Positions 1-13,942 of a DNA stretch of 64,000 bases are shown here, in pieces. This DNA is from Octopus vulgaris. Its lineage: Eukaryota. The stretch is taken from the NCBI GenBank assembly GCA_951406725.2, contig OX597824.1:4154001-4218000 (forward strand), read 5' to 3'. The position numbers and the translations under genes were made by a program. The notes beneath the pieces were generated by a model. The model was not told where the DNA came from. It saw only the letters and a program-made list of their open reading frames with translations, and made no database searches. How positions within the stretch are numbered: position 1 is the first letter of the stretch; each line of letters opens with the position of its first letter.

Positions 1-90
1 ACACTTGCCTGCCCTAGGTGCCATGCAGTGGGACTGAATCCAAAACCATGTGTGGTCAGGAAAGCAACTTCTTAACCAGATAGCCATGCC
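1..90 (-). mobile_element. tRNA-derived SINE fragment (family B here, CORE-like), head region
   Basis: Reverse complement reads ggcatggctatctggttaagaag...ggattcagtcccactgcatggcacc, matching other copies at ~4381, ~17905, ~31375 and ~44108. Confidence 0.7.
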
Positions 91-145
91 TCTCTCTGTG
101 TGTGCGTGTGTGCATCCACATATGTATGTGTATATGTTACTACTA

Positions 146-394
146 TGGCACTCTGTCGGTTACGATGACGAGGGTCCCATTGGATCCAATCAATGGAATA
201 GCCTGCTCGTGAAATTAATGTGTAAGTGGCTGAACACTCCACAGACACGTGTACCCTTAATGTAGTTCTCGGAGAGGTCCAGCATGACACAGGGTGTGAC
301 AAGGAAGGCCCTTTGAAATACAGGTGCAACAGAAACAAGAAGACAGAGTGAAAGTTGTGGTGAAAGAGTACAGCAGGGTTTACCACCCACCCCT
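146..394 (-). mobile_element. SINE (family C here), 3' portion
   Basis: Colinear with the full-length copy at 10829-11207 (tggcactc...gcctgctcgt..aattaa...ggccctttgaaatacagg). Confidence 0.8.
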
Positions 395-1599
395 TGGAAA
401 CCACACATTCGACAGAACTATCTACTGGCTGACAGAGATGTAAGAAATCATGTAACAGTAGGACATAACCAATGCACCCTTGGGAAGGACACAACACTGC
501 AAACCCTTAAGTTTACAATGTCACCATGGACAAGGTGGTGGATTAACTGTTAAAGATGTTGTGAAAGATAATTTGTGGTACTCAGTTACTTGTATTCTGG
601 GTTCCAGTCTCAACAAGATTAACTAAATTACCAATTAAACATTGGATTTAATTTGACTACACCTTGCCCACCCATCCACCCACCCCCTCAAATTACAGCA
701 TTATCTCCATATAAGAAATCAATAACAGAATAGAGAGGGACAATCTTATACCGAAAAATATAATACCTATTCTCAACTATTCCTGTACCAATTCTAGAAT
801 ATCTCCACCAATCCTAATAGAGACTTAGACTGTAGTTATGAGCTTGTAATTCTCAGCAGACCTCTCCTGGCAAGACATTATATAAACTAGTTTACATTAG
901 TTCAGTCTAGTTAAACTGGACCCCGTTACAAACAGCATTGACAGTTACATGTGAATGCTTTGGTCACAGATGCAATGATGGTAACAGGAGATGGATGGTT
1001 TGTTGTCTTTGAACCTACAGAGTCTTCACAGCAATCCGTATATGTAAAAAGGAGGAAATATATTTCTGTCAAGGTCAAGGCCTTTTGCAAACCAATAAGT
1101 CTCATTATGTCTACAAGCTAATAAGACGTTCCATACTTATAAGCGGTCTAATAACTTTCTCATTTTTCTCTGTAAAACAAAGGAGATAATTAAGAAAAGC
1201 AACAGCAGCAGCTACAATAGCAGGAACAAGAACAATAGTGACAGCAAGGAGACAAGAGACAACAACAACAACTACAATAACAAGAGAAAGAACAATTATC
1301 TGTAAGCCACAGAGTAATGCTATGAAGTAGAAGAGGCTCCTGTGTAAAAACAAACAAATCGTTCAGGTTTAGTGAAATGGGAAGAAGAGGTGAAATATGA
1401 AATGGATAATAGAGCAATGACATTCCTACTATCACACGCTGACAATGGAGAGTGCTTTAAATAGAGGACAAAGAGAAGGATGTTCTTAACTGAATTACAA
1501 GTGAGATATTGACCAATGTTATAAAAACAGAGAGAAACAAACTCAATGGAAGAAAAGTGGGGGGAAAAAAATCACATTGAAACCAAACTTAAATAGATT

Positions 1600-1950
1600 A
1601 TCAAAGACTGAAAAAACTCAAAGAAGATAACTAGATTAGTGTTTCTAATGATCTGGCAAAATTGTTCCCAAAAAGGATCTGAAAGTTGTAGGTAGATGAG
1701 TTATAAAGGTGTCATAAAGCTGACAAAACAAACAGAATAACAGTCCATAACTGGCCACCACTTCAACATAATGCTTTCACATAAATTTATATTTAACTCC
1801 CAATAGTTATAAATATACACATTATGAATAGGTCCCATAGTGAAGTACAGCTCACTGCTCAATGTTGCTAGTATGGTAATACTATGGATTATAGTAGACT
1901 GATATAGAGAATGTTTTAATTTACAGTACTGAGGGGATTTCAGAATTCCC
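1600..1950 (+). pseudogene. Possible highly decayed LINE reverse-transcriptase fragment
   Basis: Frameshifted peptides LAKLF, KGVIKL, NWPP and DIENV occur in the order of LINE RT motifs (L..LFN, G.I.LIPK, NWRPI, D.EKAFD). Many stops; weak match by eye. Confidence 0.25.
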
Positions 1951-4661
1951 TTGAGTATTCAAAGAACTGGAGGTTTTCTTTTGATCATATCAAACTAAAA
2001 AAAAAAAGTGATTAATTCCAGTGCACGGTGATACATCATTGTAATGACAGCAGATAAAACCATAAATATACAGCAATAGTTTATATTAAGCACAATAGCA
2101 ATTCTTAGAAAGAGAAAAGGCTGAAGGCAGAAAATAACAGGATATCTGTTCATAGCTTATTACAACTGTCATCAATGTCGTTAATCTATTTTCCTACATT
2201 GGCACAGTCTGGATGGAGGTCACAGCTTTTCACCACTTACCACACATCTTTTCATCTCTTACATAGAGCAACAAATAAAAATGAAACCCCCAGTCATCTT
2301 CCAAATGTTGTGTTCTGCTTTTGGGAATAGTTTTTATCACTGGATGCCCTTCCTATTATCAAATACTTTACATTTTGAGTTGGGTTCATGTCACAGGCAC
2401 GAGAAAGGATATTTACAGCAAGACCAAAAAACATCTCTCTATGCTGTGTCAGGGTTTCTATTCAGAGTTAGTTTAATCCAAGATGGGTCGCCTGCACTGG
2501 TGGGAGGCGGGGGTGGCTTCTGGAGTCCTCCAAATGGTCTTTATTTGTTCCTTCTTTTGCAAAGAGTTCAAATCCACTTCAGATATTTCAGTGTGTTTCT
2601 AGGCAAAACCCTTTATTCTGCATTGCCTCAATTCATTTAGCTGTGCAAAATAATCAATAGGTCACCTGAGAATGTTACCTACAATTGATTGGATACTCAG
2701 GTGTTCCTTTGATACCTGGATGACATCTATTTTATTTATTTATTTATTTTTTTGTAAAAAACTAAAACCACCCTATGAAGAATTTAAAGGGGGACCTGAG
2801 AAAACCTGAACTAAATGCTGTATACAATGTATAGAATATAGATATAAAGAATAGAGGTTTATTTGGATCAGAAATTAACCCAAATTTTGCAACAAAGATG
2901 GCTGAATGTTGAGCGAATCTAACAAGTTTCTAAGTGGTCAGAAATAGTAAGATATTACATCTAATATTTCAAAAAGGCAGGGACACAATACTGACAGACA
3001 GATGAGATGACAACAACTAATTATGGCAATGGTCTCTGAAGGGATGACAATTTGATTTAACTGGGATTTGAACTAAAACATTAAGAGATGCAACTAAACA
3101 CCATATATGGCATATAGTCTTGTTCCTTCTTCTTGAGCCAAATTCCTTCCTATTCCATTTCATTTTTTGTCTAACGTCCCTCCCATCCAGTCCAATTCTC
3201 TGCCATTTAGTTCAGTTCCTTCTTAGTTAATCCACTTCTTTCCTCTTTTGTTCTGTCTACACCCGTTGAATCCATTTCGCTTCTATTTACTTCAGTTCCA
3301 TTCTGTTTAGTGAAGTCCATTTCCATTTAGTCCAGATCTTTATTATTTATGCCAGCTACGGGGCCAGGATTTGTAGAAAAGGATTTATAGTTAACTGCGT
3401 CAACCCCAAAATAACAATAGGATTTATTTTATGGCCCCTTAACCAGAGAAGAATTTGAAACTTTGAACAGAACAAAGAGGAATAAAACTAAATACGGTAT
3501 GGCTTTTATTTCAACTCTCAGTCATTTCTGTCAAATCATCTCTTAAAAGAATAGATAAATTATAAAGAAATATAGAGAACAAACACAAAGATAGTCTAGC
3601 TAATTATTCCAATCATTGCACACTGACATCTACTTCTGTGAAGAGGAAATAATAGAAACAGAAGTATTCTGCAAAGGAGACAGAGTAGCAGAACAGTGAA
3701 GCAGCAGCTATTGCAGTTGAAGAAGTTGTCCATGTAAGTGGTGCCAGGCTTAATTGTTCTTGAGAATAAGCTCCCCTGCAATGTCAACTGTAATTATTAT
3801 GAGATCTAGCCTACCTGTGCTGTCAAAAATGATGGCTATTCCAATAATGTTCTTTAGATTAACTTTCATTATAGTAATGAAATTTCAACTTTTCCTTGAT
3901 TTTTATCCTGTTTTTTGACAGTTTCTTTTTATATATATATATTAGTAAAAGGAAATAGCAAATGTGTGTAAAGAAGAAAATGAGATGTAATAATTTCAAT
4001 CAATGAACATTTCTTTTTTAAGTGTTAAATTATTCAGTTGACATTAATTTGAAAACAAACTTTTTTTTAAATGATTAAATAATTATCTCCCATTGACACT
4101 AGTAATATCACATTTCATCGGCCATATAAGGTGTTCTCACCAAAATGAAACTACTACAAACAAGGAAACAATTCATCTCCATGGCTCTTATCTAATAATA
4201 ATTCCAGCTTGGCCACATCATCATCATCATTGCTCTTAAAGGGATTAATAGTGGATTAGCAGAATCATCGGAGAATTGCACAAAATGCTTTGTAATATTT
4301 AGTCACAACCCCTTTCACTAGATGCTAAGATTGACTTACCCTTCCACCCTTACCTCACCCACAAGATTTGTGGCATCGACTGGCATGGCTGTGTGGTTAA
4401 GAAAGCTTGCTGCCTAAACATATAGATTTGGGTTCCATCTCACAGCACAAAATCTTTGGCAAATGTCTTTTACTATAACCCAGGGCTGACTAAAGCTACA
4501 TGCCTACACTAGAACAGTAAACAGGCAGAAATATTAAAGTGTATTTTTCCAGCTCAGAGTTGAGATCCCATTGAGGTCAACTTTGCCTTTCATTGCTCTG
4601 AGGTCAGCAGAATAAAGTAATAATCAAGAACGGAGATTAATATAATCAACACACATCAAAT

Positions 4662-4890
4662 TTAACCCTTTAGTGTTCAGAATACTCTGTTAAATGTAAT
4701 ACTTTTTCACTCAAATTGTTTTGAATTAATCATGCATTATCTTATAGCTTTAAGGTTTCAATGATGTGATTGTTTATTTTCAGAATGGCATTGTAGGTTA
4801 GGAGTGAGAGGCTAGATATCGCCAGTTTGAATATAAAACATGTAGAATATATTGGGCCGGATTTGGCCGGTTTAAACACTAAAGGGTAAA
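4662..4890. mobile_element. piggyBac-type MITE
   Basis: TTAA|CCCTTTAGTGTT...AACACTAAAGGG|TAAA terminal inverted repeats; a related copy lies at 17401-17629. Confidence 0.75.
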
Positions 4891-4915
4891 GTCTTGTGCC
4901 TTTGTTAGAAACATC

Positions 4916-4929
4916 TATTATTATTATTA

Positions 4930-4963
<34 letters not shown>

Positions 4964-5390
4964 CATTATTGTTGTTGGTGGTGGTGGTGGTTTTTGTAAG
5001 TTCCTGTTTTATATCCTGCAGTGCTAGGTCCATTCTATGGATCTGAGACACTTTAGAGAAGATGCCACTTTGCATTGACTGTGAGCTATTCCAAATAGTA
5101 ATGATCTCCTGAACTGCATAATTACCAAAGTTGCTCAGGATGTGGATGGTAAACTTTTCCATTTCCTGCAAGAATTCTGGTGCTCTAATCACTACCTGTA
5201 TCACATTCCAGTCTTCCCATTCCACATCCTGTTGACTTCAATCTTCAAGTCTTCCTACTTAGCTTCTCCATGGCTTTCACGAAGGTGTTTCTTTCAGAAG
5301 GTGTTGCAACACTGATGAGCAACCTTGATGACGTTATCAGACGTTTGGCTTTTATCTCTGTTAGCATGGATGCACATTTCCCAGAGGCAG
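4916..5390 (-). mobile_element. 5'-truncated R4/Dong-type non-LTR retrotransposon 3' end (restriction-like endonuclease remnant) with (TAA)n tail
   Basis: Frameshifted minus-strand peptides LWEMCIHA..TEIKAKR..LLISVATPSERNTFVKAMEKLS..KIEVNRMW..VVI match the REL domain pattern LWD..I.TD..I.ANRPD..LIDV.IP...K..EK..KY.DL.IE..RMW. Followed by a (TAA)n tract. Confidence 0.75.
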
Positions 5391-5872
5391 TACATAATGA
5401 TGATGCTGACGATGTGCAAGACAACATTATTACACGACAAGAGACAGACACTGAAATAGATGCATATTGTATCGTGTGTGTACAAATAGATGTAAAACTG
5501 TGGCTGTTAAGTTTAGAGCAGCACAGGGATTCTCGCCATCCAGTCTGCATCCAGTATGGTGGTTAAAGCAACTGTTACACTTCGTAGTATTACTAGTTAT
5601 GGTATACAGAACAAACGAAAGAGAAGCAATGATAAACACAAATTTAAATTTATATCTCGTTTGTTCTTAAGTAGGTTTCGTCATTGTGGTGGTTTGGAAT
5701 ATTGTGGTTGATGTTGCAAGTGTAATGGGATGCTTGGCCACAACGAATCTTCAGGGAATACTTTATTGCCGTATTTTACAGTTCTCTGTAAGCATCCAAT
5801 TGCACTTGGAACATCCAACGCAGAGTTCCAAACAACAACATTAGTGAAACATATGTGTTCATCATAATTTCT

Positions 5873-5916
<44 letters not shown>

Positions 5917-6028
5917 TGTGTGTGTGTATATGTATGTGTATATATATAAATATATATATATATATATGTGTGTGTGTGTATACATATGTGTGTGTCTGTG
6001 TGTATATATGTGTATGTATATATATACA

Positions 6029-6060
<32 letters not shown>

Positions 6061-6766
6061 CATACTCATCATTATACGGCAAGTTCAACTGATGCAAAAA
6101 TGGGTGCAACACATGATGCTTTATGCTTTATATAGTTTGGAATGCTGTGTTTCGCTGTTACCATAAAAACATCCATGAACCATCTGCAGCTTGGTTGTTC
6201 ACAAATGGGATTTTCGTAAGGGGCCAATAAACGACCAGAATATGACACTTGCGAGCATTTTAACAGAAAGAGAAACTAAACTAGTTCCAAAAAGCAGTTG
6301 AATGGCAGAATTATTAGAACACTCTGCAATATTTAGTTTTGGCCCAATATGTTCTAGATTCAAAATCCTATTAAGGCCAACTGTGCTTTTCATCCTTTAA
6401 GGGTTGATTAAAATACCAGCCAAATACTGGGGTTGATTTAATATTTCTATAAAACCTGTGAATAGAATTGCAATACAAGAAAATATACTTGTCGCTTTTG
6501 TGTGAGGCCCTTGAGACCTTATTCAGCAAGGAATCAGCATTTTGCTGGGTCTAGAGGAAAGGGCAGTGCCCATGGCCTTCAATGTTCTCCTACCTTCAAG
6601 ATCAGATGATAGGCTATATTGTATAAGACCCATTAATCTAGCTGCAGTCAGTGCCTAATCTCTTTGAACAGTACGAAGCGAGACAAGAGTTTTGTCTCGT
6701 GTGAAGAGAATGAGTTCCTGTCCCTTTACTTTACTGGAACTGGACTGGATAGTCAACTTCTGCACC

Positions 6767-6987
6767 TTAACCCTTTCATTACCAACTCGGCTGGCTCTGG
6801 CTCTGAGTACAAATGTCTTGTTTTCATATGTTTTGAATTAAAATCTTCCACCAAACCTTAGTCACAATTTATGTTCTTAACACTAGCTGAATGATAACTA
6901 AAGTTATTTTACTAAATTCTTTGTTATATTTAAAGTAATTGAAAGAAACAGAGAATCTCAAAATAACTAGAGTAATGAAAGGGTTAA
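6767..6987. mobile_element. piggyBac-type MITE with intact TTAA target duplication
   Basis: TTAA (6767-6770) CCCTTTCATTAC ... GTAATGAAAGGG TTAA (6984-6987); perfect 12-bp TIRs. Confidence 0.85.
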
Positions 6988-9099
6988 GTGGTCATGAGAA
7001 GGTACAAGTTAGACATACTATATCAGGTTCAGGTAAAATGGACTAAAAGATAACTCTGCAAATATTTTATCAACATCATGGCACCACACATTGGCTCCAC
7101 CTCACCACACAATAACAAAAAAAACAACATCTTTACAATGGATTCAGTTTAAAAGACGATAAACAATTGTTTAGCAATGACTAAGCTCTGGTAGACTTCT
7201 ACTAAAACACATGTTAGTAATTTTGGTAGAGAATGGATACGATCAATTAAAACAACTTCAGGAAAAATACTGGTCTTTCATTCCCCGAATATCAATCAAA
7301 GCAGTGTAGAATACTACTTCGTTATTCATCACCACATCTTGAAGAACAGTCTCTGATATTTGGTTATTTATTTGGAATCACAATTTGTGAATAAAAGCAT
7401 GATTTGGTTAGAGGTTTCCAACAGGCCAATCACAGCTTCAATGAATTTCTAATTGCATCAATGACATGTGAGTATCAGTGACTTGGTGCAGAACAAACAT
7501 CACAAAAGACCTCATTCAAGATGCACCATTTTTTTCCAGTTTTCTTGCCAATGCTTACAACCTACACCAACATAAACTGACAAAAGATGTACACATACAC
7601 ACACATGTATGGGTGTATATGTGTGTACATGTGTGTACATGTATATACTCACATGTATATAGATATATATACATATATCTACATGCAAGGCTGTGTAGTT
7701 AAGCAGTTTGCTTCAAAAGGATAAGGGAGGCGAGTGGGCTGTACCAGTATTCACCTGGTACACATTTTCAGCTCAGTAGACTGGTGGATGGTGAAATGAA
7801 GTGTCTTGCTCAAGGCTATAGCATACAACATTGGTCTAGGAATCAAACTCATGAATATTATTATCATGAGCCAGATGCCACGACTGCTGGTGTTAGGCAC
7901 TCATACAAATGTGTGTGTGTATGTGGTGCATACACATTTACATGCGTGTGTATGCATATGAATGTGTGTGTGTGTGTGAAACAGAAGAATTAGTTTCATT
8001 AATCATTGATTATTCTACATTTTCATTAGGAGACTTTTCCATGTGCTACACACACATATACGAGTACATGTATATTCAATGGACACATCCATGTGTATCC
8101 ACTTGTGTGTGTGTGCATGTGTTCATTATATAGATTAGTTAATCATCCCAGTCTCTTACAGCTTCACTTACAGGAGTCTTCAAATGGTACAGGCATATGT
8201 ATGTGTGTATATATATTCAACTGATATCCCAACAGTCTGCGCTGTCCAAATTTCACAGGTAAGGCTATTTTAATAGAAAACACTTGCTCCAGGTGCCATA
8301 ATGTAGAATTGAACCTAGATCCACATTGTGGCAAAGTAAACTTGTAAACCATGCAGCCAGTCTTCCCACCGATACAGCCATGCTGTGTGTGGTTTAAGAT
8401 AAAAAAGAAAAAAGGGCCTCAACCAACCAAACAAACAATGTGGTGTAGTAGTAAGCATTAAGTTCTCATCATTGCTGCTGATGCAATACGAAGCAAAACC
8501 GAAGCTTTCAGTCAGAGTCTCCAGTGTTTATGTGCGGTTGCTTTAACAAGCTTTTACATCTGATGGAAGTTCAACAGATAAGTTAATAAAGAACTGAATT
8601 CTCAATGTGAGCATACAATAGTCACATGACAAGTCAGGTAATTGGATATACTGCATTGAGTTCTATACAGGGGAGAGAGCGAGAGCGAGAGATGGGAGAA
8701 GAGAGGGAAGGGAAAATAAGAAAAAAAAAAAAAAAAAAAGAGAAATTTCTGAAGTATTCAGAAAAAGAAATGTAGTTTTAAATATTAACCCTAAAATACT
8801 TAATTCTCTTTCTTTGACATTCTGCTGAGTGAAGGGCTTCTTTTCCTTGTATCCATGACCTTTACTTTCAATAGACACATGACCCTTTAACTTGTAAAGT
8901 CAACTGGATTATAATTTGTGCCAACCCCTTCCATCTCAAGGCATTCACTAGATATTTAGAGGTTTCTTTCATTGTTTTATTATTTCTTTTTTTACTTTCT
9001 TTCACAGATATTTTTTTCTTCATATTTATATTTATCTGTTCTTTTCTTTCTTCAATTGCTTCAGTATTCACTGCTCCCTCCTCCCCCTTTGCCTACGAC

Positions 9100-9330
9100 A
9101 CACACCTGTTTGTGTTGAACTCGCTCTGCAGTGAAAGAGAAGATTTAGCGCCAAGTTGAGTCAAGTAGCCAACACAATGGCACTAGCTGCCGGTGACAAT
9201 GGTTGAGCGGCCAGGCTGAGGGTTACCATTGTCATGGTTTTGGAAACGACACTGGCGTTGAACACCGCTGCTTGGCTTGGCTTGTGCAGTGAAGTGGCAG
9301 TGTGTTGCTGGGAATGATGCAACCCTCCCC
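9100..9330. promoter_or_regulatory. Candidate cis-regulatory or structured non-coding island
   Basis: Non-repetitive, GC-richer than flanks. Contains TGAGTCA (9157-9163), three ACAATGG/CCATTGT motifs and a 10-bp inverted repeat; no usable reading frame. Confidence 0.3.
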
Positions 9331-9802
9331 CCCCAAAACCCAACCCCACCCACAAACACACTGTCCCTTCCCTCCCCCATGATAGATCAGCATCAAACAA
9401 CAATCCCTATTACAGTGGCTAGAGCAGTGGGGGAGGAGGATGTAAAAAAGAGGGAGTCATTCATCTTTTCTTTTCTTCTGCCCTTTTTTTATTATTATTA
9501 TTATCATTTTTTTTTGGGTTTGGACTGTTTTCATTCTGTAATATAATAAAGTAATTCAGAAGGACTTGCTCTGGCATCAAACCGCCCAGGTTTGTGAGAA
9601 TCTATTGTATGCTTAATAGCTTTGTGGTCACAGGGAGACCTAATAAACATATGCCGAGCTTTACAACAGCTGTTGTCATCAGACAAGAATAGATATCTAA
9701 ACATACGACTATCTGAATGTAAAGACTGGCTGCATTGTGTGCAGGATTCTATAATAAACTAAACCATTCTCTGTGATCACCTAGCTACCTATATAGACAT
9801 AA

Positions 9803-9860
<58 letters not shown>

Positions 9861-10121
9861 AAAAACACACACACCCATATACATGTGCATATGTATATAT
9901 TTATATGTATAGATACATATCCATCTATCTGTCTAATTATCAATCTGTCTGTCTGTCTATACCTATTTATCAGTCTATCTGTTTGTCTGTCTGCCTGTCT
10001 GTTTCTCTCTCCGTCTGTCTGCCTATCTATTTATCAATCTGTCTGTCTGTCTGTTTCTCTGTCCAGTTGTCTGTCTGACTATCTATCTATCTATCTATCT
10101 ATCCATCCATCCATCCATCCC

Positions 10122-10195
<74 letters not shown>

Positions 10196-10296
10196 CATCC
10201 ATCTATCTATCTATTTATCTATCTGTCTGTCTATCTTTCTATGTATCAAGCTAGCTAGCTACACACACACACACACACACACACACATGCACGCAT

Positions 10297-10350
<54 letters not shown>

Positions 10351-10352
10351 AC
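9803..10352. repeat. Compound microsatellite (TA)n/(TG)n/(TCTG)n/(CTAT)n/(CA)n
   Basis: Directly visible. Confidence 0.95.
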
Positions 10353-10654
10353 AATGTTTTATAGCAGCATGTTCAGAAGAACTCGGTTTAAGAAGCTCTT
10401 CTGCATTCACTTTATTATTAATGCTTATGATGCGTGAATGTGGATGGAGGAAGTAAAAACAGACAGGAAAAGAACTGATTTGCTTCATCATAACCGTTGC
10501 TAGCAACACCACCACCACCACCACCACCACCACTACCACCATCATCACAATTGTAGAAATAATAAACTTCAGTACCACTAAGATCATTAAAGTCGTCATC
10601 ATCCTCATTATCATAATAAAGATCGTCATCACCAGTTTGATACCAGTCATGTCG

Positions 10655-10805
10655 CAACTTATTTCTACAGCTGAGTGAACTGGAGCAATGTGAATAAAGT
10701 GTCTTGCTCAAGAACACAACCACACAGCCCAGTCCAGGAATCGAACACATCGTAACCTCACAATCATAAGCTCGACACTCTAACCACTGGGTCATGCACC
10801 TTCAC
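10655..10805 (-). mobile_element. SINE family C head with tRNA-like A/B boxes
   Basis: Reverse complement tgacccagtggttagagtgtcg...gttcgattcctggactgggc...ttgtgttcttgagcaagacactttat. Confidence 0.75.
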
Positions 10806-10828
10806 ATGTATGTATATATAAATATACA

Positions 10829-11207
10829 TGGCACTCCATCGGTTATGACAACAAGGGTTCCAGTTGATCCGATCTACGGAACAGCCTGCTCGTAAAATTA
10901 ACATGCAAGTGGCTGAACACTCCACAGACACATGTACCATTAACGTAGTTCTTGGGGAAATTCAGCGTGACACAGAGTGTGTCAAGGCTGGCCCTTTGAA
11001 ATACAGGTACAACAGAAACAGGAAGAAAGAGTGAGAGAAAGTTGTAGTGAAAGAGTACAGCAGGGTTCGCCACCACCCCCTGCTGGAGCCTTGTGGAGCT
11101 TCAGGTATTTTCACTCAATAAACACTCACAACGCCCGGTCTGGGAATCGAAACTGTGATCCCACGATCACGAGTCCGCTGCCCTAACCACTGGGCCATTG
11201 CGCCTCC
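10829..11207 (-). mobile_element. Full-length tRNA-derived SINE (family C variant)
   Basis: Reverse complement begins ggaggcgcaaTGGCCCAGTGGttagggcagcggactcgtgatc...GTTTCGATTCCcagacc (Pol III A and B boxes); body shared with 146-394, 25339-25669 and 63688-64000. Confidence 0.85.
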
Positions 11208-11277
11208 GCACACATATATACATACATACATATATATGTGTGTATATATATATGTATATAATATATATATATATATG

Positions 11278-11334
<57 letters not shown>

Positions 11335-12648
11335 TACACAAATGTGTATATACGTATATATATACACATATATTTATTCATATATATACACGCACACATG
11401 CATATAGATAGACAGACAGACAGATAGACAGATAGATAGATATCAATATACATGTGTGCATACACACACATATATATATATACATATACATTCTATTCAA
11501 ACACTGATGTTTTCTATTGAATGAAACCAGAAAAAGAGAACTGAATGCATGTTGTAGGAGGATGTAGTTTATCTAAACTGAATCCCTTTGTTTGTGACTC
11601 ATATCCAGGTGACAACGAACCCAGTAATGTGGAAACTCAGGCCACGGGAAAGGACTTTCATTGAAATAACCCATAAATACCAGTCAAAATAATTTGTAAG
11701 GATTACAGAATCTCAGAGAAAATTTAGTTTTGTGGGTAGGGAATAAAGCAAATATTGAACCTGGATACAGAGGCCCATGGCAACAACAACAACAACAACA
11801 ACAATAATAACAAGAATTAATAGGAGATTGTTTGAAAGGTAAGTCATGTAAGATGAGGTGCATTTTGTATTTATGTCTGTGACTGAGCCAAGAAATTAAG
11901 TCATTAGTAAGAAAATAAGTGACAAGTTCCAAGCAAATAATTAACCGTTTCAAAAGCAGAATTCCTTCGATTGCACCATTAACATATGCTTAGAGCAATA
12001 TCAAATGGAAATATGTATTTAGGTATGAATTTCCAGATTATTTATATACCTACACACAAATGCTGTAGGTCCATAAATATTTGCAATTCCTGGCAGAGAA
12101 ACTATCAGAGAGAAACTATCAGACTTCTGGTTTGAAATCTAAAAATTGGACTCTCTTCATGTTGTGAAGCACAAATCCATGAAAACTATACAAAAGGGGA
12201 GAAAGTCAAATGGTAGAAAACTAAAAATAGAAGAGGTGGAAATTGAGAAATACACTACAATTTTATATTTGGATCTATTTAAAATTGTTGGGGAAAGCCA
12301 TCTCCCATTTCCATGAAAATAAGAAAAGCTGTTTCCAGAGCAACCAAATAAATAATCAGATAAATTTGCCTTTATAAAGTGCATAAGAACTCGTTTTATT
12401 TTGGTCTTGTATCGGTATACACACACACTCACACACACACTTCATTTCAAATCAATATTGAATGCATTTTGATTGATGTAAATTCTTTTACTGTGTATAT
12501 ACGCACATATTATTAGGTACAGCGACTTTATTGAGAAAGAGAACTCAAAAAAGTAATTTCATTGAGGGAATTGAAGGTGCAGCTTCTCCCAGTGACACAA
12601 GATTCCCTACTGAAATGAGATTTGTCAGAAATTGTACCTCTAATTCCC

Positions 12649-12683
<35 letters not shown>

Positions 12684-12929
12684 GTGTAAAATTTAATCTG
12701 TTATAACTGAAGGGTTCTAGTTTCTAGTACTTTGAGTTATTCATTTCTTGTCATCAGCTGGTACTTTAAGCATGATTTTATATTTTAAATATACACCATT
12801 CGAGTGTTTTTGGAATGGGAAATGAAAGTTTGAAGAAAAAAACTGATCTTTATAAGTGACATGTGCAAAAAACAAGAGCTTCATACTCATGTTTTTGGTT
12901 TTATTTCTGGTTCTTGTGGAAATATGTTG

Positions 12930-13105
12930 AGGGGAACCTCAACATAGTCACCCAATCTTCTAGAAATAGCAGCAAAATCTCCATCAAATCACATCATGCT
13001 ATCTTGAATAAGAAAAATGACATACACGATAATGTAGTCCCAAACACCCCTAAAAAAACATGAGATGGTTTCAGCTGGAGTTGATATGGGTCTAAAAAAC
13101 AACAA
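12930..13105 (-). repeat. Dispersed repeat (family D here, unclassified); further copies near 20860, 26005, 26560, 36065, 47215, 47545, 53690 and 63145
   Basis: Recurring motif ctagaaatagcagccaaatctccctcaaatcacac...gatggtcatggctggaat..ctttgatcata in many decayed copies. Confidence 0.65.
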
Positions 13106-13896
13106 TAATCTACCATAAATGAATGCACTAAAAATGGGAAGCCACAGCTTTCAGAAATGGCTGAACAGAATTCCCAAGATTCAGACTAACAATGGCAGAG
13201 TGAAAATATGCAACACAATAAGCAAAACCTTAAGATTAAACTAAAGTTATTGTCATCGAAATAAGAGAGAACTTTGTCTCTTAATTAGAGACAAGCCCAT
13301 TGTTCTGCTGACAAAAGCTCGATTGAATAAATAAATGCACACACAAATATGCATGCATACGATTATGGCTCACAGACATTAAGCCTTAGATTTATAGAAG
13401 AAACGGCAGCGTGAGATGAGCAGGCCTTTAATAACAGCTGTACATGTGTGTGTGTGTGTGTGTGACTATGTGTGTATGTTTGCGTATCTGGGTGTGCAAG
13501 AGAGAAAGAATAGTCAACAGCCAGCAATTACATAGCGATAAGTGCATACACACACATAAACATATATATGTGTAAGTATATATATATATATATACACACA
13601 CACAAACATATATACATGTGAATATGTCTATATAAAGTGGAGGTTGTGCACAAGTATGAAATGCAATTAAGCAAAGAAAGTAGTACTCAATACTGCTGGG
13701 TATAGTGGAATACTCTAATATTTATTCCAAACTGTGTTTGCGATAATGAAATGAAGTGTTGTACTTAAGAACAAAAATGATTCCTGATCCATGAATTGAA
13801 ACTGCAATTTTACAATCATGAGTACAACACCCTAATCACTAAGCTATGCACCTCCTCTATATCTATATTGAAATATACAAATGTAAGTATATCAGC

Positions 13897-13942
<46 letters not shown>

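Noticed and set aside
2700-2735. YLDDI reverse-transcriptase catalytic motif
   Set aside because: Isolated five residues with an in-frame stop immediately upstream and no neighbouring RT motifs.
3660-3740. Possible exon ending at CAT|GTAAGT
   Set aside because: In-frame stop just upstream and no polypyrimidine acceptor.
10829-11207. tRNA gene
   Set aside because: A and B boxes are present, but there is no closed acceptor stem and the head runs into a multi-copy SINE body.
12095-12123. 14-bp tandem duplication agagaaactatcag
   Set aside because: An ordinary slippage duplication with no associated element.
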